From positions 1 to 6,418 of the forward strand of contig NZ_PQWO01000052.1 of the NCBI RefSeq assembly GCF_003231495.1: DNA of 6,418 bases, in the 5' to 3' direction. Shown here one piece after another: positions 4,976-6,418 of this stretch. Each line of letters begins with the position of its first letter. Positions within the stretch are counted from its first letter, which is position 1. A program made the position numbers and the translations under genes. The notes under the pieces were generated by a model. It was not told the origin of the DNA, ran no database searches, and saw nothing but the letters and a program-made list of their open reading frames with translations. The stretch is from Acaryochloris thomasi RCC1774 (GTDB lineage: Bacteria; Cyanobacteriota; Cyanobacteriia; Thermosynechococcales; Thermosynechococcaceae).

Positions 4976-5164
4976 GTCTTTTCTGCCAAGAATGAAAGGC
5001 ATCATAGCAGAAAGACTGAAAGGAAGGATAGCAGAAAGGATGAAAGGATGCTTTCTATAAAAGTGCTTCTATATATTAGGTTTCTTCAGATAGTCTTACC
5101 TGATGTTCTAGGATGAAAGGATTTTTAGCAGAAAGGATGATAGGACGCTTTCTGCCTTAGCAGG
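4976..5164. repeat. Repeat array upstream of parA, a candidate centromere/operator (alternatively iterons)
   Basis: Three 20-nt units occur: ATAGCAGAAAGACTGAAAGG (5004..5023), ATAGCAGAAAGGATGAAAGG (5028..5047) and TTAGCAGAAAGGATGATAGG (5125..5144). GAAAG starts at 4994, 5010, 5018, 5034 and 5042, with alternating 16 and 8 bp spacing. Inverted copies include GCTTTCTGCC at 5147..5156. The octamer GCAGAAAG or its complement occurs 7 times in the window, against about 0.2 expected. Confidence 0.8.
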
Positions 5165-5205
5165 TATTATTGACTCATTTTCTGTGGAAAAATTGGTTAT
5201 TATAG

Positions 5206-5229
5206 TTTCTATAGAAATCAAAGTATAAT
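5206..5229 (+). promoter_or_regulatory. Perfect 12-bp palindrome plus TATAAT upstream of the RHH-PIN pair
   Basis: TTTCTATAGAAA (5206..5217) sits 6 nt before TATAAT (5224..5229). The ATG at 5246 lies 16 nt downstream of the -10. The -35 is weak. Confidence 0.45.
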
Positions 5230-5245
5230 GAACGTCTAAAGCATC

Positions 5246-5587
5246 ATGGCTGGTAAAACTATCTCTGCATACACTGACACCGATACTGCAGATCGCATTG
5301 AGTCTATTGCCAAGCGGGAAGATCGCCGTAAAGCTCAAATTGCGGGAATGGCCCTTAAGTTGTTTTCCGTTTTACCAGATGAAGCTCGCACTGCATGGCG
5401 AAAAATTGAGACCTTTGGCTCCCCCGCCGATATGGAACATGCCATTGCAGATATCACCAGGATTCTGCTCAACACCCAGCATGAGATCGCAACTCAACAG
5501 GTCGTCCAAGAGATCAACACTGAATCCTTACATGCCCTAGACACGGAAGACGATCTCTTAGCTACAGCAGTCGCACTCACTGAATAG
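5246..5587 (+). CDS. Ribbon-helix-helix (CopG/VapB-like) antitoxin candidate, 113 aa
   Basis: The N-terminus shows the strand-helix-helix pattern: TISAYTD, TADRIESIAKRE, RRKAQIAGMALKLF. The C-terminal tail is acidic. Its stop lies 7 nt before the PIN gene start. Confidence 0.7.
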   Translation: MAGKTISAYTDTDTADRIESIAKREDRRKAQIAGMALKLFSVLPDEARTAWRKIETFGSPADMEHAIADITRILLNTQHEIATQQVVQEINTESLHALDTEDDLLATAVALTE

Positions 5588-5594
5588 CTTTACC

Positions 5595-6140
5595 GTGATC
5601 GATAGTCTGAACATCTGTGTTGATCTCAATATCTGGGTTGCGGCTTTGCTGGCAGAGGCCAAAGGGAGACAAGGCACAGCAAGTCAAAGCATTGTAGCGA
5701 TTGTGCGCCAGGGTCGCTGTTTATCTCAGCCGGTACAGCTCATCATCTCTTGGGGAATGCTCAATCGGCTGCGTCAGGTACTGATCCAAAAGCTGCAGGT
5801 GTCTACTTCTAGTGCAGAGTTATATCTTGATACCATCACAGCCTATGCCCAGTTAGGAGCATTAGCCTCAAGCCCTCAACTCACTCTCGGTGGCACTGGC
5901 ATTGTGCCGATTCAAGATATTGAAGATGCTCATGTTCTAGAGACTGCGGTCGCAGGTAAAGTTCAGGTGTTAATCACGGCTAACTTCAAAGACTTCATTT
6001 CTAAAGATACGTCGGTGATCGTGCCGCAGCGTCACGCAATTCATTCCACTCCTGATCGGAGCTTCCATATCGTTCATCCTTACCTGTTTTTGGAATGGAT
6101 CAGGAAAGGCTCAATCCCATCTACCATTGAAAATCGATAG
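5595..6140 (+). CDS. PIN-domain (PIN_3-like) toxin/ribonuclease candidate, 181 aa
   Basis: GTG start. The N-terminal ICVDLNIWVAALL and the C-terminal QDIEDAHVLETAVAGKVQVLITANFKDF match the PIN_3 layout as I recall it. Confidence 0.8.
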   Translation: MIDSLNICVDLNIWVAALLAEAKGRQGTASQSIVAIVRQGRCLSQPVQLIISWGMLNRLRQVLIQKLQVSTSSAELYLDTITAYAQLGALASSPQLTLGGTGIVPIQDIEDAHVLETAVAGKVQVLITANFKDFISKDTSVIVPQRHAIHSTPDRSFHIVHPYLFLEWIRKGSIPSTIENR

Positions 6141-6213
6141 AGGACGAAAGGATGCTTTCTGCCTTTCATGTTTTCTGTTTCTTATGCTTTCTGTCTTAGA
6201 CGCTTTCTGCCTT
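6141..6213. repeat. Second GAAAG/GCTTTCTGCC repeat array, immediately after the PIN stop codon
   Basis: Copies are GAAAGGATGCTTTCTGCCTTTCAT (6146..6169), GCTTTCTGTC (6186..6195) and GACGCTTTCTGCCTT (6199..6213). Exact matches: 15 nt to 5042..5056, 15 nt to 5144..5158 and 21 nt to 4296..4316. Confidence 0.75.
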
Positions 6214-6316
6214 GGATGACACTAGAGTTATGACTACATCGAACACCCAGTGAAGTCATTCTTATCAATAAACTAGTGCATTTCTCAATAGAGAATAAAG
6301 GCACTTACAAGATCAA

Positions 6317-6354
6317 GGTGTTTAGGGTACATCGGAACAGAAAACAACGCTAAG
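6317..6354 (+). mobile_element. 38-bp Tn3-family-type terminal inverted repeat, with the terminus at 6317 and the inner TAAG end at 6354
   Basis: GGTGTTTAGGGTACATCGGAACAGAAAACAACGCTAAG is identical to the reverse complement of 89..126. The comparison with the Tn3 family is from memory. Confidence 0.55.
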
Positions 6355-6418
6355 GCTGCAGCGCTTTGACAGCATAGGTTTCAGGCGTTATTTTTCGCCT
6401 TTTTCAGAGCACCTAAAT
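6317..6418. repeat. Right arm of the long imperfect inverted repeat that pairs with 25..126
   Basis: Same alignment as for 25..126: a 42-bp perfect core plus 45 of 60 matches, extending to the last base of the window. Confidence 0.9.

Noticed and set aside
4976-5164. Possibility that the GAAAG/GCAGAAAG repeats form a CRISPR array
   Set aside because: The units are 8-20 nt, occur in mixed orientation and are irregularly spaced. There are no unique spacers of constant length and no cas genes.
5108-5540. ORFs 5108..5338 (-) and 5298..5540 (+)
   Set aside because: The first spans the repeat array and promoter and lies antisense to the RHH gene start. The second is an alternative frame of the RHH antitoxin gene.
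6152-6199. 15-codon hydrophobic mini-ORF (MLSAFHVFCFLCFLS) inside the right repeat array, and a 22-codon one at 5048..5116
   Set aside because: They are a by-product of the CTTTCTG repeat sequence. They have no Shine-Dalgarno, and their frames are not shared among repeat copies.
6220-6278. Nested short inverted repeats CACTAG/CTAGTG and ATGACT/AGTCAT
   Set aside because: The stems are only 6 bp, with a large asymmetric internal loop (4 vs 13 nt) and an 18-nt apical loop. This is not distinguishable from chance.

Overview
The window reads as a compact plasmid-type maintenance backbone of about 6.2 kb (127..6316). It is bracketed by a long imperfect inverted repeat (25..126 vs 6317..6418). The inner 38 bp of each arm look like Tn3-family transposon ends pointing outward.

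Ten ORFs look real:
- a coiled-coil, glycine-zipper membrane protein (142..756, +)
- a very acidic 83-aa protein (778..1029, -)
- a tail-anchored 90-aa protein (1143..1415, +)
- a 342-aa putative winged-helix replication initiator (1883..2911, -)
- a toxin-first HigB/RelE-like plus XRE-HTH antitoxin pair (4083..3375, -)
- a type Ib partition pair, a small ParA Walker ATPase plus an RHH protein (4970..4159, -)
- an RHH plus PIN_3-like toxin-antitoxin pair (5246..6140, +)

The other ORFs in the track are antisense shadows or cross terminator hairpins.

The non-coding DNA is unusually rich in structure:
- GTTACA hexamers phased at 10-11 bp over a strong promoter
- a roughly 240-nt run of + strand-specific hairpins ending in a bidirectional terminator
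- a promoter-to-terminator sRNA candidate placed back-to-back with the rep promoter
- GAAAG/GCAGAAAG repeat arrays at three loci, one of them inside the RHH partition gene and two flanking the RHH-PIN cassette

I saw no transposase, integrase, relaxase, CRISPR array, tRNA or rRNA. All family assignments come from motif recognition by eye, with no database search. The host is unknown; a cyanobacterial origin is only a weak guess.
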